The notes under the pieces: model-generated | The model's input: only the letters and a program-made list of their open reading frames with translations | What the model was told of the DNA's origin: nothing | Databases searched by the model: none | Program-made: the position numbers and the translations under genes | Shown: one piece after another, positions 28,500-37,970 of the stretch | Numbering within the stretch: the stretch's first letter is position 1 | Layout: each line of letters opens with the position of its first letter | Assembly: GCA_963666115.2 (NCBI GenBank) | Contig: CAXXET010000001.1 | Coordinates: forward strand, 68,553 to 132,552 | Reading direction: 5' to 3' | Source of the DNA: Dehalococcoidia bacterium | GTDB taxonomy: Bacteria > Chloroflexota > Dehalococcoidia > UBA6926 | DNA: 64,000 nucleotides

Positions 28500-29476
28500 T
28501 CCCCAATCCCGAACAGCCGCGCCGCGTTACCGCCCAAAATCGCGTCGCGGTCGGCCTCAGGCAGGTCAAGCTCCGTCACGTCCGCTTTCATGGGCGGAAT
28601 CGTCGTATACGGATAGTCCGTGCCGAACATGATCATGTCGTTCCCCATCAACTCGCGGGCGAACATGATGGCCGGACGCAGCCGCGAAACGGTGTCGATG
28701 TGCACCTTCTTGAAATACTCCCACGGGCCCTTGTCGTTCTCGCCCCAGTGGCCGGCGCGCGGCCCGCCCGTGCGATTCAGCCGCCCCATGAGGAAGGGCA
28801 GGGTGCTGCCGAGGTGGCACAGAACCCATTGCAGGTTGGGGTATTTCTCCATGACGCCGCTGAGGATGATGCGCATCATGGCGGCGGACGAGTCGAAGAG
28901 GAATCCCATGTTGACAGCCATCGTCCAGCCCTCGAGGTGATGCGCCATGACCGGCCAGCTTGGGTGGATCATCATCACAACGCCCAACTCTTCCGCCCGC
29001 TCGTAGATCGGCCACAGGTCCGGCTCATGGAGCTGCTTGCCTGCCACGTTTGAGGTCAGCATCATGCTGCGGATGCCGAGGTCGTTCACGGCGCGGTCCA
29101 GTTCCTTTACCGCCGCGTCCGCGTTGAGCAGCGGCAGAGTTCCCATGCCGACGAACCGGTCAGGGTTCTCCTTTTGAATCTGCGCGATGCCCTCATTGGC
29201 GGCTGCGGCAAGCTCCACGTTGAGCACGGGGTCGTCCGCGACCTCGCCGGCGGGGACGATGCAGCTCATCACGTGCATGTCCACGCCCGCCTCGTCCATG
29301 TCATTGACGCGCGTCTCCAGGCGGAACATGCCGGCGGGCATCGTGTACGTGTCCATGTCCGAGACGTGGAAGAGGATGTCGTCGCCGCTCCGCTCCATGT
29401 AGGGGAACGTCCTGCGGTTCAACAGCAGGTTGATGTATTCGGGAACGGCAAAATGATTGTGCGTATCGATGTGCAT
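28496..29476 (-). CDS. Amidohydrolase_2 (ACMSD-like) metalloenzyme
   Basis: IDTHNH, IHP, CHLG, FGTDYP. Confidence 0.9.
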   Translation of the reverse strand: MHIDTHNHFAVPEYINLLLNRRTFPYMERSGDDILFHVSDMDTYTMPAGMFRLETRVNDMDEAGVDMHVMSCIVPAGEVADDPVLNVELAAAANEGIAQIQKENPDRFVGMGTLPLLNADAAVKELDRAVNDLGIRSMMLTSNVAGKQLHEPDLWPIYERAEELGVVMMIHPSWPVMAHHLEGWTMAVNMGFLFDSSAAMMRIILSGVMEKYPNLQWVLCHLGSTLPFLMGRLNRTGGPRAGHWGENDKGPWEYFKKVHIDTVSRLRPAIMFARELMGNDMIMFGTDYPYTTIPPMKADVTELDLPEADRDAILGGNAARLFGIGE

Positions 29477-31410
29477 CAGGAAAACCACCCCAGCCACTTA
29501 TGCCCCAGCAATCCGGCGTACGTCGCCACCATGAGCAGGCCGACCACGACGGTTATTCCCTGCTCGATGTGACGCCGTGTCTCGTCTTGGAAGAGTACAC
29601 CGTAATCCCGCTGCCCGCCAATGACGCGGACGCTCATGATGCGGGCGACGCGCTCCAGCCGCAAGTCCCACACGCTGACGGTCAGGAAGACGATGACGGC
29701 AGAGAACAGCATGATGAACAGCTCGATGAGGAGGGCCGTGCGCCCGATGGCCTGGGGCAGGGCGAACAGGGAGATGCCGAGCGTGATCCCGCCAAAGATG
29801 GCGATGGCGCACAACTCGCCAAAGTTGATGCCCTGCTGGCGGGAATGGGTCAGGGAATCCAGCTCCACTTCCAGTTCCACCAGCCTGTCCGTGTCCTCCG
29901 GGTTGGCGTGGAGTATCGCCGTGGCGATGTGCTGGCGCGCGCTGTCATAGGCCTCCTGCACCTGCGGCCCGTCCGCGCGGTTGACCTCCAGGATGTCCTC
30001 GCACACCGCCGGATCGATCACGCCCCGCTCGGCCAGGGCTTCGAGCCGTCGAACCAGCAGGAAGCCCCGGTTGTCCTCATCAAGGATGCGGGCGGACAGC
30101 CGCGCCACGCGGAAGGCGAAGATGAGGGTAAAGACCGTGGCGGACAGCGCCAGGGTCGTGAAGTAGCTGACCTCTCCCTCCCAGAGCCATGTTGGTGGAC
30201 GCAGGTAGACCAGCGCGCCGCAGCCCCACGCGGAGATCATCAGCGCCTTGAACCCCAACAGCCTGTCCGCGCCGAAATTGATGAGGAGGTTGGCGACGAT
30301 GACCGCGGTCGCGCCGATGATGAGATAATCCGGCCTCAGCACGTTCACGTGAGACAGGATGCCCGCCTGCGAGAGCCCGTAGAGCGCCAGCAGGGCGACG
30401 ACGGGCGTCATGTAGAAGAGCGTGTTGACGCCCAGGTCATGCGTTACAAGGTTGGCGCGCCGCCAAGCGATGCCGCCGATGGCGAGCGTAAGGAAGCCGC
30501 CGGCAATGGCAACGATGATGGGCGAAACCGTCAGGGCCTGCTCGCTGATGCGCGGGATGTCGATGGTCAGGTCGGTTGCCTGCTCGCCGAACAGTGTTCC
30601 CATGCCGAGGTTGATGATTAGGGCAAAAGTGTTGCCGATGAGGAAGGCAACCATCGTGCCGAAGAACTCCAGGCGGCCCGTGTCCTGCTGGTCCCCGTTC
30701 GGCCTGGCGATGCTTCTGCCCAGGTCCACGCCCCATCGCAGCCCGAAAGCTCCAAGCGGAGCGATGACGAGAGCAATGAAAATCAGCAGAAAGCCCAGCC
30801 CCAATTGGGACGTTCCCAGTATTTCGCTGAACCACCCGCCAAAGCCGAGGCCGCCCTCCACCTCGCTCAGGACGACAAAGATGATTCCCGCGAAACCGAG
30901 CAGGGACAGGAAATACACCTCGCGGCTGGTCGTGTTGTAGCGCAGGAAAATCTGCCCGGACACCCAGATGAGGAGAATCGGCCAGATCTCGTAGATGACC
31001 GTTGCGACGGTGATGTCGATGTATTGGGTCGAAAGGGCGAAGAACGTCCACTCGAGGTGGCTAATCGTCGCCAGGATGATTGGCAGGGGGGAGTGGAAGA
31101 TTCGCCCCCGGAAGGTGAGCGGCGACCGTATTAGCTGGGAGCCGACGGTTCTCCACGTGGTTGCGCTGAAAAACAGCCGGCGAAAGAAGAGGGCCATGAA
31201 CAGCGCGAATCCGAGGACTCCGCCCGCCCGCAGGCCGGCAGCAAACAGGAAGGGGGCGTCACGCGCGCTCAGGGCGATGACGGCGGGGATCAGGGCGAAA
31301 CCAATGACGGCAATGAGCATGTAGCCCGTCGCGGACGCGTTGCCCACGCCGCGCAGGGAGAGGAACCGCCCCGCCGAGTTCAGAACGCCGGGACCGGCCG
31401 CCTGCGTCAT
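29476..31410 (-). CDS. EamA/DMT-type transporter with C-terminal membrane extension
   Basis: FALSTQYIDITVATVIYEIWP and TLFYMTPVVAL DMT repeats plus extra TM segments. Confidence 0.72.
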   Translation of the reverse strand: MTQAAGPGVLNSAGRFLSLRGVGNASATGYMLIAVIGFALIPAVIALSARDAPFLFAAGLRAGGVLGFALFMALFFRRLFFSATTWRTVGSQLIRSPLTFRGRIFHSPLPIILATISHLEWTFFALSTQYIDITVATVIYEIWPILLIWVSGQIFLRYNTTSREVYFLSLLGFAGIIFVVLSEVEGGLGFGGWFSEILGTSQLGLGFLLIFIALVIAPLGAFGLRWGVDLGRSIARPNGDQQDTGRLEFFGTMVAFLIGNTFALIINLGMGTLFGEQATDLTIDIPRISEQALTVSPIIVAIAGGFLTLAIGGIAWRRANLVTHDLGVNTLFYMTPVVALLALYGLSQAGILSHVNVLRPDYLIIGATAVIVANLLINFGADRLLGFKALMISAWGCGALVYLRPPTWLWEGEVSYFTTLALSATVFTLIFAFRVARLSARILDEDNRGFLLVRRLEALAERGVIDPAVCEDILEVNRADGPQVQEAYDSARQHIATAILHANPEDTDRLVELEVELDSLTHSRQQGINFGELCAIAIFGGITLGISLFALPQAIGRTALLIELFIMLFSAVIVFLTVSVWDLRLERVARIMSVRVIGGQRDYGVLFQDETRRHIEQGITVVVGLLMVATYAGLLGHKWLGWFS

Positions 31411-31490
31411 GATTCGCCCCCCAGTGCCGCTCAAGGAATCAGGGCGTATTTTACTGCGAACGGGAGGGCGCTGACGCAATTCGCTTCACT

Positions 31491-32342
31491 TCAGCGACCG
31501 GATTGCTCTCCAATAGAGCGGAGCAGCGCGAGCGCCAGCCCCGAAACGTCCGCCTGGATTTCGTCATTAGGTTCGCCGGTTATGAAGCACGCCGCGGCAA
31601 CTGGTCCAGGAGAATCGAGTCCGCTGAAATCTCTTTCGATGACGGCAAGCGCCTGATCAAGTGTTGGGTTCGGCATGAGCGATTCCAGGCGGTTCGCCAC
31701 GACCGGGAGGCCCAACCCTCTCCATACATAGTAAAGGTCGTAGGCGTCCTTGGGCGCGGTTCTGTTGCCAAAGGCGAGCGCTTTGAGCACCGTGAATGCG
31801 CCCGGCCCGCATACGGGGATGGTTCTTGTGGCTCGCGCCCCGTCCGGGGTAGCGTCGGTTACTTCTATCCGTCGGTGATCCGTGAATGCCAGTTCCAAGC
31901 CGGGAGTGATGACGGCGCCGAAGTCGTGTTCAAGCGGCCGAATCGTGCCTGCTCGATCTGCGTCATCGATGGGAGGAATGAGGAAATCGATCGTAACTGG
32001 ACGGTCCATCGTGACTGTCCAACGTTGCAGCACCCGATTGCCCTGATCATTGACGTCCTGTTCGAAGCCTGCGTCTCTCAGCCGTGCTGCTGCCTCTCGG
32101 TAGCGTTGGTCGTCCAACATGCCCACGGCTAATCCCAGGTCGAGGTCCATCGTGCCGCCGTAGGCGTCCAGGCCTTGCGGCCGGTCTTCCTGATCGATGA
32201 GCAAGTGAGGAACTAATCCGCCAACCACAACCATCTCATCGAGCAGATCGCCGAGCTTTGTGGCGATGTATAGGCACGTCTGCCGGACTCGGCTTAACTG
32301 GCCGTGTTCGTAGCCGCCTATCGTCTCCGGCTTACGTGTCAT
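31491..32342 (-). CDS. Nucleotidyltransferase, AbiEii-like toxin
   Basis: VVVGGL, TMDLDL, LKALAFGNR..KDAYDL. Confidence 0.8.
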   Translation of the reverse strand: MTRKPETIGGYEHGQLSRVRQTCLYIATKLGDLLDEMVVVGGLVPHLLIDQEDRPQGLDAYGGTMDLDLGLAVGMLDDQRYREAAARLRDAGFEQDVNDQGNRVLQRWTVTMDRPVTIDFLIPPIDDADRAGTIRPLEHDFGAVITPGLELAFTDHRRIEVTDATPDGARATRTIPVCGPGAFTVLKALAFGNRTAPKDAYDLYYVWRGLGLPVVANRLESLMPNPTLDQALAVIERDFSGLDSPGPVAAACFITGEPNDEIQADVSGLALALLRSIGEQSGR

Positions 32343-32349
32343 GGAGCGC

Positions 32350-33399
32350 TCACGTCCACAGAATCTTTCTCAACTCTGCGGCAGCCTCATTCGATCTTTC
32401 GGGATGATTCTTCAAGTCCAGATAGGCCTGGACGGGATGGACGCACCGGACACCGTCGACAATGGTCGCACCGGCAAAAACTCCTTCGTCGTTCGGAACG
32501 ACTAGCCACGTGTTTGCCCCTCGCGGCTCATCCCGAAATCCCAGGTCTCGCATCAAACCGGCCGACGGCAGCGATTCGAGATACACCGTAGACAAGCGGA
32601 ATCCCGCGTGGCGAGTGTAGAGCCAAGCGGCAGGCAGGGCAGTAAATGCGTAGTGGTCGCCGGTTCTCGACAGGGTCTCGGCCATCGAGCCAACCTGGGA
32701 GTCGCTGTCTGACGCCGCAACGTGGCCCCGGATAATCATGCTGTGACGGTCGAAGCGATACTCCTCCCGCCACGCATCCAGAAGGGTGTCCGGATCGCCG
32801 GCCCTGATGCCATGCTCCGTTCGTTCGGCGAGGCTACTTTCAAGGAGTTTGCCAACGATGCGGCTCGTATGTCCCTCGTTCAAGCCGCTTGATTGAGCCA
32901 GCGCGCGCTGTTGTATCGCCTTTCGAGGTTCGATCAGCAAGCGCCTTGCGACCCGCGACCCTTTCGCTCCAAATGCGGTTTCAGGGCGCCCCGGCCGCCG
33001 GAACTTGTTTGGATGGCCGAGATTCTGATAGAAGATGCCCGGCGCGATGATCCTGGCATTTCCCGACAAGTCCAGCCACTGTATATTGGCTTTCGCGGAC
33101 CACGCCTGGGCTTCAGGACTCATGTAGGGAACTGCAAGCAGGGGGATGTGTTTAGGCGGCACGTCAGGGTTCTTTGCTGAAAGACGCTGAGCGAGTCGGC
33201 GAAGGTTCCCGATGGATGGCGACGCCTTCCATTCCACGGCGAACGAGACTCCCCTGATTGAGATAAGCGCGTCCCAATCTCTACCGGACTTTCCCTCTCC
33301 CTGGTAGCGCACCTTTTCCTTGCCTATAGGAACCTCAAGGATTTCGGCGAGCCGATCTGCCACTCGCCGCAAAGGTATCGACATCCGCGCGTTCATCAT
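32350..33399 (-). CDS. AbiEi-like antitoxin/transcriptional regulator (wHTH)
   Basis: WLDLSGN, HTH region QRALAQSSGLNEGHTSRIV, LLDAW, HPVQAYLDL..HPERSNEAA. Confidence 0.8.
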   Translation of the reverse strand: MMNARMSIPLRRVADRLAEILEVPIGKEKVRYQGEGKSGRDWDALISIRGVSFAVEWKASPSIGNLRRLAQRLSAKNPDVPPKHIPLLAVPYMSPEAQAWSAKANIQWLDLSGNARIIAPGIFYQNLGHPNKFRRPGRPETAFGAKGSRVARRLLIEPRKAIQQRALAQSSGLNEGHTSRIVGKLLESSLAERTEHGIRAGDPDTLLDAWREEYRFDRHSMIIRGHVAASDSDSQVGSMAETLSRTGDHYAFTALPAAWLYTRHAGFRLSTVYLESLPSAGLMRDLGFRDEPRGANTWLVVPNDEGVFAGATIVDGVRCVHPVQAYLDLKNHPERSNEAAAELRKILWT

Positions 33400-33406
33400 G
33401 CTTGTC

Positions 33407-33456
33407 TTTATAACGCATCTTGCGCGTCTGCGCAAGTTTGTGTATAAGCGCAAGTT
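33407..33456 (-). promoter_or_regulatory. Sigma70-type promoter with overlapping inverted/direct repeats upstream of abiEi
   Basis: TTGCGC-17 nt-TATAAA, 7 nt before ATG 33399; CTTGCGC/GCGCAAG inverted repeat and a second GCGCAAGTT copy. Confidence 0.65.
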
Positions 33457-33617
33457 CGCGTCAGGGAGGCGCTGTTACCCGCCAAGAGGGCCCGTACACC
33501 CCAATTCGAATGTAAACCGTGATTCGTGTGTTTCCTGAATCTTGTACCATTAAGGGCGCGCCTCAGGGCGCATTGATGCTGCATATTGGACGGGCGGGGT
33601 GGAAAGGAGATTTGCGC

Positions 33618-34175
33618 GTGGCTACTTTGAGCCGCTCTATTGGGTTGTCGCGTGAGCAGCGCATCACGGAGCTTGGGCGCGATCTGCTCAGCGCCGCCTA
33701 CCTGCGCGGCAGCTTCGTTCTCCGGTCCGGCCGCACCAGCAACTACTACTTCGACAAGTACCTCTTTGAGACCAAGCCCAGCATCCTGCGCCGCCTGGCC
33801 GCGTTCATGGCGGAGCTTGTGCCGCCCGGCACGGACCGCATCGCCGGGCCGGAGCTGGGCGCCGTGGCGCTCGCCACGGCGCTAAGCCTTGAGATGGGCC
33901 TGCCGTTCGTCATCGTCAAGAAAGAGCAGAAGGCATACGCGACGGGCAACGTGGTGGAGGGGGAGTTGTTCGCCGGAGAGCGCGTGCTGCTGGTGGAGGA
34001 CGTCGTGACGACGGGCAGCCAGGCCATCGAGGCGGGCATTGCGCTCCGTGCGGCAGGCGCGACGGTCTCCGATGTCCTTGTCGTCATTGACCGCGAGGAG
34101 GGAGCGCAGCAGATGCTGGCCGCCGCGGGCTACCAACTCCGCGCGCTGTTCCGCCGCCGCGACCTCGGAATCTGA
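33618..34175 (+). CDS. pyrE: Orotate phosphoribosyltransferase
   Basis: FVLRSGRTSNYYFDK, GPELGAV, LVEDVVTTG; AAGGAG RBS before GTG. Confidence 0.92.
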   Translation: MATLSRSIGLSREQRITELGRDLLSAAYLRGSFVLRSGRTSNYYFDKYLFETKPSILRRLAAFMAELVPPGTDRIAGPELGAVALATALSLEMGLPFVIVKKEQKAYATGNVVEGELFAGERVLLVEDVVTTGSQAIEAGIALRAAGATVSDVLVVIDREEGAQQMLAAAGYQLRALFRRRDLGI

Positions 34176-34187
34176 ATTTTTTTAAAC

Positions 34188-34227
34188 TTGACAACACGTC
34201 GTGTGAAGAACAACACAGACAACACGT
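34188..34227 (+). promoter_or_regulatory. Putative promoter/operator
   Basis: TTGACA at 34188; GACAACACGT twice (34190, 34218) and a third ACAACAC at 34210. Confidence 0.5.
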
Positions 34228-34233
34228 AGCGAT

Positions 34234-34728
34234 ATGAACCACGCAGAGATCGTTGACCTTTTGAAATCCACCGGCTGCCTTGTTGAGGGGCAGTTGGAGG
34301 ATTCCGACGACGGCCAAAGCGGCTGGGTTGCGGGGGCGATGGAGCCGCTCGCGAATCCCACCGCCGTTTCCGAACTGGCCGGATGCCTTTCGGACGCGCT
34401 CCCGTCTCCCGCGCTCGATCTCATCGCCGCGTGGCCGGGGCTGTCCAACGTCGTGCTGGCGTTCGCCGTCGGCGTGCGGGTAGACAAGCCTGTCGTCCTG
34501 CTGTCCGACGCGGAGGGACTGGTCACGGCTTCCGGCAACGTGGAACAGGGGCAGGGAGTCGCGCTGGTAGGCGTGACGCTCAGCGAGCGCGACGCCAATC
34601 TCGCCCGGGCATTCGTTGAGAACAGGGGCGGCAGACTGGCGGTCACCGCCTCTCTTGTCGGGGTGGGGCAGGTCGCAAACGAGCTTTCGCTCGTGTCCCT
34701 TGGGGTAGGGATCGATGGCAACGACTGA
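34234..34728 (+). CDS. Degenerate type I PRTase-fold (PyrE-like) protein
   Basis: Colinear with OPRTases, but the PRPP loop reads ALVGVTLSE. Confidence 0.65.
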   Translation: MNHAEIVDLLKSTGCLVEGQLEDSDDGQSGWVAGAMEPLANPTAVSELAGCLSDALPSPALDLIAAWPGLSNVVLAFAVGVRVDKPVVLLSDAEGLVTASGNVEQGQGVALVGVTLSERDANLARAFVENRGGRLAVTASLVGVGQVANELSLVSLGVGIDGND

Positions 34729-36049
34729 GCAAGAGCGGGACACGAAGCCGGTTGAGGCGCCGGAGCAGTCCGAGGCCGCAGCCGGCGAGTTGCGCGCCGA
34801 CCCCGGCCGCATCGCCGCCGACTTTGAACTCCTCTCCGCGATAGGCGCAGAGGGGGGCGGCGGCATCTCGCGCATCCCGTTTTCGCAGGAAGAGCGCGCC
34901 GCGCATGACCTTGTCTCAGGGTGGATGGTGGACCTGGACCTCTCCGTCCGCACGGACAGTTTCGGCAACACGATTGGCGTACTCCCCGGAACCGACCCGA
35001 CGCGCCCTGCCATCGGCTTCGGGTCACATCTTGATTCCGTGCCGCACGGCGGGCGATTCGACGGCGCCGTTGGCGTGCTGGACGCGCTGGAAGTCATCCG
35101 CATGTTCAAAGAGGCCGGCGTCCTGACTGCGCATCCGTTGATGGTGGTGGCGTTTGCGTCCGAGGAGGGCGCGCGATTTGGCGAGCCGTGCCTTGGCAGC
35201 AAGGCCGTCGCCGGCGTGCTGCAAGAGGCCGACCTTGAGCGGCTGCGCGACGCGAACGGCACGACGCTTGCACAGGCCATGCGCGCTGTGGACTTCGATC
35301 CGCACTCGCTGGCGCAGGCGCGGTGGAAGCCCAACACGCTCGCCGCCTTCCTCGAAGTGCATATCGAGCAGTCGCGGTCGCTGGAGGAGTCGGGGGAGCG
35401 CATCGGCCTGGTGGACGCCATCGCCGGGAATACACGCATCCGGCTCGTGATACGAGGGCGGCAGGACCACTCCGGCGGCACCCCCATGTCGCAGCGGCAG
35501 GACGCGCTGGCAGCAGCCGCAGAGGTCGTCCTGGCCGCTGAATCCATCGCCAATGAGCCGCGCCGCCGCGCCACAGTCGCAACAGTGGGACGCCTCCACG
35601 TCTTTCCCAACAGCATCACGACTATCCCGGGCGACGTGGAGTTCTATCTTGACGTGCGCGACGTGGACAGCGACCGCCAGCGGCTGACGACGAACGATAT
35701 TGTAACGCGCGCGGAGGAAACAGCTGCCCGCCGGGGCCTGCGCTTCGAGTGGGAGGTTGTGTCGGACACGTCACCCGTCGTGCTGCCCAAGTGGCTGCGC
35801 GATCTGACGACCGCCGCCACGGAGCGGCTGGGCGTGCCGCACCGCGTGACGACGAGCGGGGCAGGGCACGACGCCGGTATTCTCTCACGCGCCATCCCTG
35901 CCGCGATGCTCTTCGTGCCGAGCCGCGACGGCCTCAGCCACTGCCCCGAGGAGTGGACGAGCATGGACGACGTTGCCATCGGCGCGCAGGCGCTTGCGGA
36001 GAGCATCCGCGATATTGACACGTTCCTCACGAAAGAGGTTGCCGAATGA
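34715..36049 (+). CDS. M20 hydantoinase/carbamoylase-family Zn amidohydrolase
   Basis: GSHLDSVPHGGRFDG, SEEGARF, EVHIEQ, DHSGGTPM, SGAGHDA, SHCPEE. Confidence 0.92.
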   Translation: MATTEQERDTKPVEAPEQSEAAAGELRADPGRIAADFELLSAIGAEGGGGISRIPFSQEERAAHDLVSGWMVDLDLSVRTDSFGNTIGVLPGTDPTRPAIGFGSHLDSVPHGGRFDGAVGVLDALEVIRMFKEAGVLTAHPLMVVAFASEEGARFGEPCLGSKAVAGVLQEADLERLRDANGTTLAQAMRAVDFDPHSLAQARWKPNTLAAFLEVHIEQSRSLEESGERIGLVDAIAGNTRIRLVIRGRQDHSGGTPMSQRQDALAAAAEVVLAAESIANEPRRRATVATVGRLHVFPNSITTIPGDVEFYLDVRDVDSDRQRLTTNDIVTRAEETAARRGLRFEWEVVSDTSPVVLPKWLRDLTTAATERLGVPHRVTTSGAGHDAGILSRAIPAAMLFVPSRDGLSHCPEEWTSMDDVAIGAQALAESIRDIDTFLTKEVAE

Positions 36050-36963
36050 CCTCCGGGCTTATGGACGCCAACGGGACGATTCCCGTTTTCGCGGGCACGC
36101 ACGTCCCACAGCTCCGCCTGCCGTCCAGCGTGCGGCTTGAGGTGATGCGGACGAACGGCCGCCAGGCGCCCGCCGCGACATTCGTCGAAACGGAAATCAT
36201 CTCCAATGATGAGATCGCGCCGGAACACTACCTCATGCGGGTGCGCTCGGAGGCGTTGGCGAACGGCGAGCCGGGGCAATTCGGCGTCATTCGCCCCGGC
36301 ACGGCCACGGACGTCCACCCGCTCCTGCCGCGCCCCATGGCCGTCTACCGCTACGACAAAGACGCGGGCACGGCTGATTTCGTCTACCGCGTCGTGGGGT
36401 ACGGCACGGCTGCCATGGCGCAGCGCCGGGCGGGAGACATCGTGGAGATCGTCGGCCCCGTCGGCCGTCCTTTCCCCATCGACAAGACGACCAACGGCAT
36501 CCTGATCGTTGGGCGCGGCATCGGCGTGTGCTCCCTGACCACGCTCATCGACGAGGCCAGGCAGCGGAGCATCGAGGTCTACGCCGTTCTGAGCGGGCGC
36601 AACAAGGACGTTGTGCTCGGCAAGGACATCATCAAGCGGGCGCGGGGCAACGCGCTCTACGTGAATGACGTGGACGGCAGCAGCGACCTGCGGCACGTGG
36701 AGCCGTGGATCAGTGAGATCATCGAGTCCGGCCGCGTTCAGCAGTCATACGTCTGCGGCTCCAACCGCCTGATTGAACTGACAACCCGGCTCGGCGGTCC
36801 CGCAGGCGTGGAGACCTACGTCTCCCTGGAGGCGCACATGGCCTGCGGCCTCGGCTACTGCCATTCGTGCGCGACGGGGGCGTTTGGGGAATCGGCGGAG
36901 TCGCCGCTGGTGTGCCGCGACGGCCCCGTCTTTCGCTGCCACCCGGCAGGCGTTACCGTATAG
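36046..36963 (+). CDS. pyrK: Dihydroorotate dehydrogenase electron transfer subunit
   Basis: PGQF, LLPRP, GPVGRPF, MACGLGYCHSC...VCRDGPVF. Confidence 0.88.
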   Translation: MTSGLMDANGTIPVFAGTHVPQLRLPSSVRLEVMRTNGRQAPAATFVETEIISNDEIAPEHYLMRVRSEALANGEPGQFGVIRPGTATDVHPLLPRPMAVYRYDKDAGTADFVYRVVGYGTAAMAQRRAGDIVEIVGPVGRPFPIDKTTNGILIVGRGIGVCSLTTLIDEARQRSIEVYAVLSGRNKDVVLGKDIIKRARGNALYVNDVDGSSDLRHVEPWISEIIESGRVQQSYVCGSNRLIELTTRLGGPAGVETYVSLEAHMACGLGYCHSCATGAFGESAESPLVCRDGPVFRCHPAGVTV

Positions 36964-36966
36964 GCG

Positions 36967-37953
36967 ATGGTCGCACAGGACACTGAGACCGACAGCAGGC
37001 TGGGGGTTGACCTTGGCGCAGGGCTGACCCTCAAAAACCCGGTCATGCCCGCGTCCGGCTGTTTCGGGCCGGAAATGGGAACCCTGTTTGACCTTGGCAG
37101 GCTCGGCGCGCTGGTTCCCAAAACGATCTTCTACGGCGAGCGCTCCGGCAATCCCGCCCCCCGCACCGCCGAATCCCCCGCCGGAATGTTGAACTCCATC
37201 GGCATCCCGTCGCGCGGCGTCGAGAATTTTTTGACCGACCTCCTGCCCCGGTACACACAATACGATGCGCCCGTCATTGTCAGCATCGGCGGGCTTGGCA
37301 TTGAGGAGTACGACCGCCTTGCCGAGCGGCTGAACGGCGAGCCGGGCGTGGCGGGCCTCGAGGTCAATATCTCGTGTCCGAACCTTGAGGCGGGCGGCAT
37401 GGAGATCGGCGCGAGCCCGGCCAATGTTGAGCGTGTTGTGCGGGGCGTGTCCGATCGTTTCGACGGCCCGGTTATCGCCAAGCTCACGCCGAACATCACG
37501 TCCATCACGGACATCGCCAAGGCATCCGAGCAGGGCGGCGCGACGGCCATCTCTGCCATCAACACGCTGTCCGGCATGGTCATTGACGTGGACAACCGCC
37601 GCACGGTGACGGGCACGATGACAGGCGGCGTCTCCGGCCCCGCCATCCGCCCCATCGCCGTCCGCATGGTCTGGCAGGTGTGCAGCGCCGTCTCGATTCC
37701 CGTCGTCGGAATCGGCGGCATCACGTCCGCCCGCGACGCCCTGGAGTTCATCCTGGCAGGCGCGACTGCCGTCGGCGTCGGCACCGCCAACTTTACCCGC
37801 CCCACAACGATGCTTGACGTAATCGACGGCCTGCAAAAGTTCGTCGAACAGCGGAACCTGGACAGCATCATGGACGTCTGCGGAACCCTCGAAGAGGGCG
37901 CCCGCGTCGCCATAGAACCCCCGCGCCCAGCCACCCCCGTTGCGGGCCGCTGA
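36967..37953 (+). CDS. pyrD: Dihydroorotate dehydrogenase family 1B
   Basis: KNPVMPASG, GMLNSIG, EVNISCPN, KLTPN, INT, GGVSGPAIRP. Confidence 0.92.
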   Translation: MVAQDTETDSRLGVDLGAGLTLKNPVMPASGCFGPEMGTLFDLGRLGALVPKTIFYGERSGNPAPRTAESPAGMLNSIGIPSRGVENFLTDLLPRYTQYDAPVIVSIGGLGIEEYDRLAERLNGEPGVAGLEVNISCPNLEAGGMEIGASPANVERVVRGVSDRFDGPVIAKLTPNITSITDIAKASEQGGATAISAINTLSGMVIDVDNRRTVTGTMTGGVSGPAIRPIAVRMVWQVCSAVSIPVVGIGGITSARDALEFILAGATAVGVGTANFTRPTTMLDVIDGLQKFVEQRNLDSIMDVCGTLEEGARVAIEPPRPATPVAGR

Positions 37954-37970
37954 TCGGATAGCATAATTCC

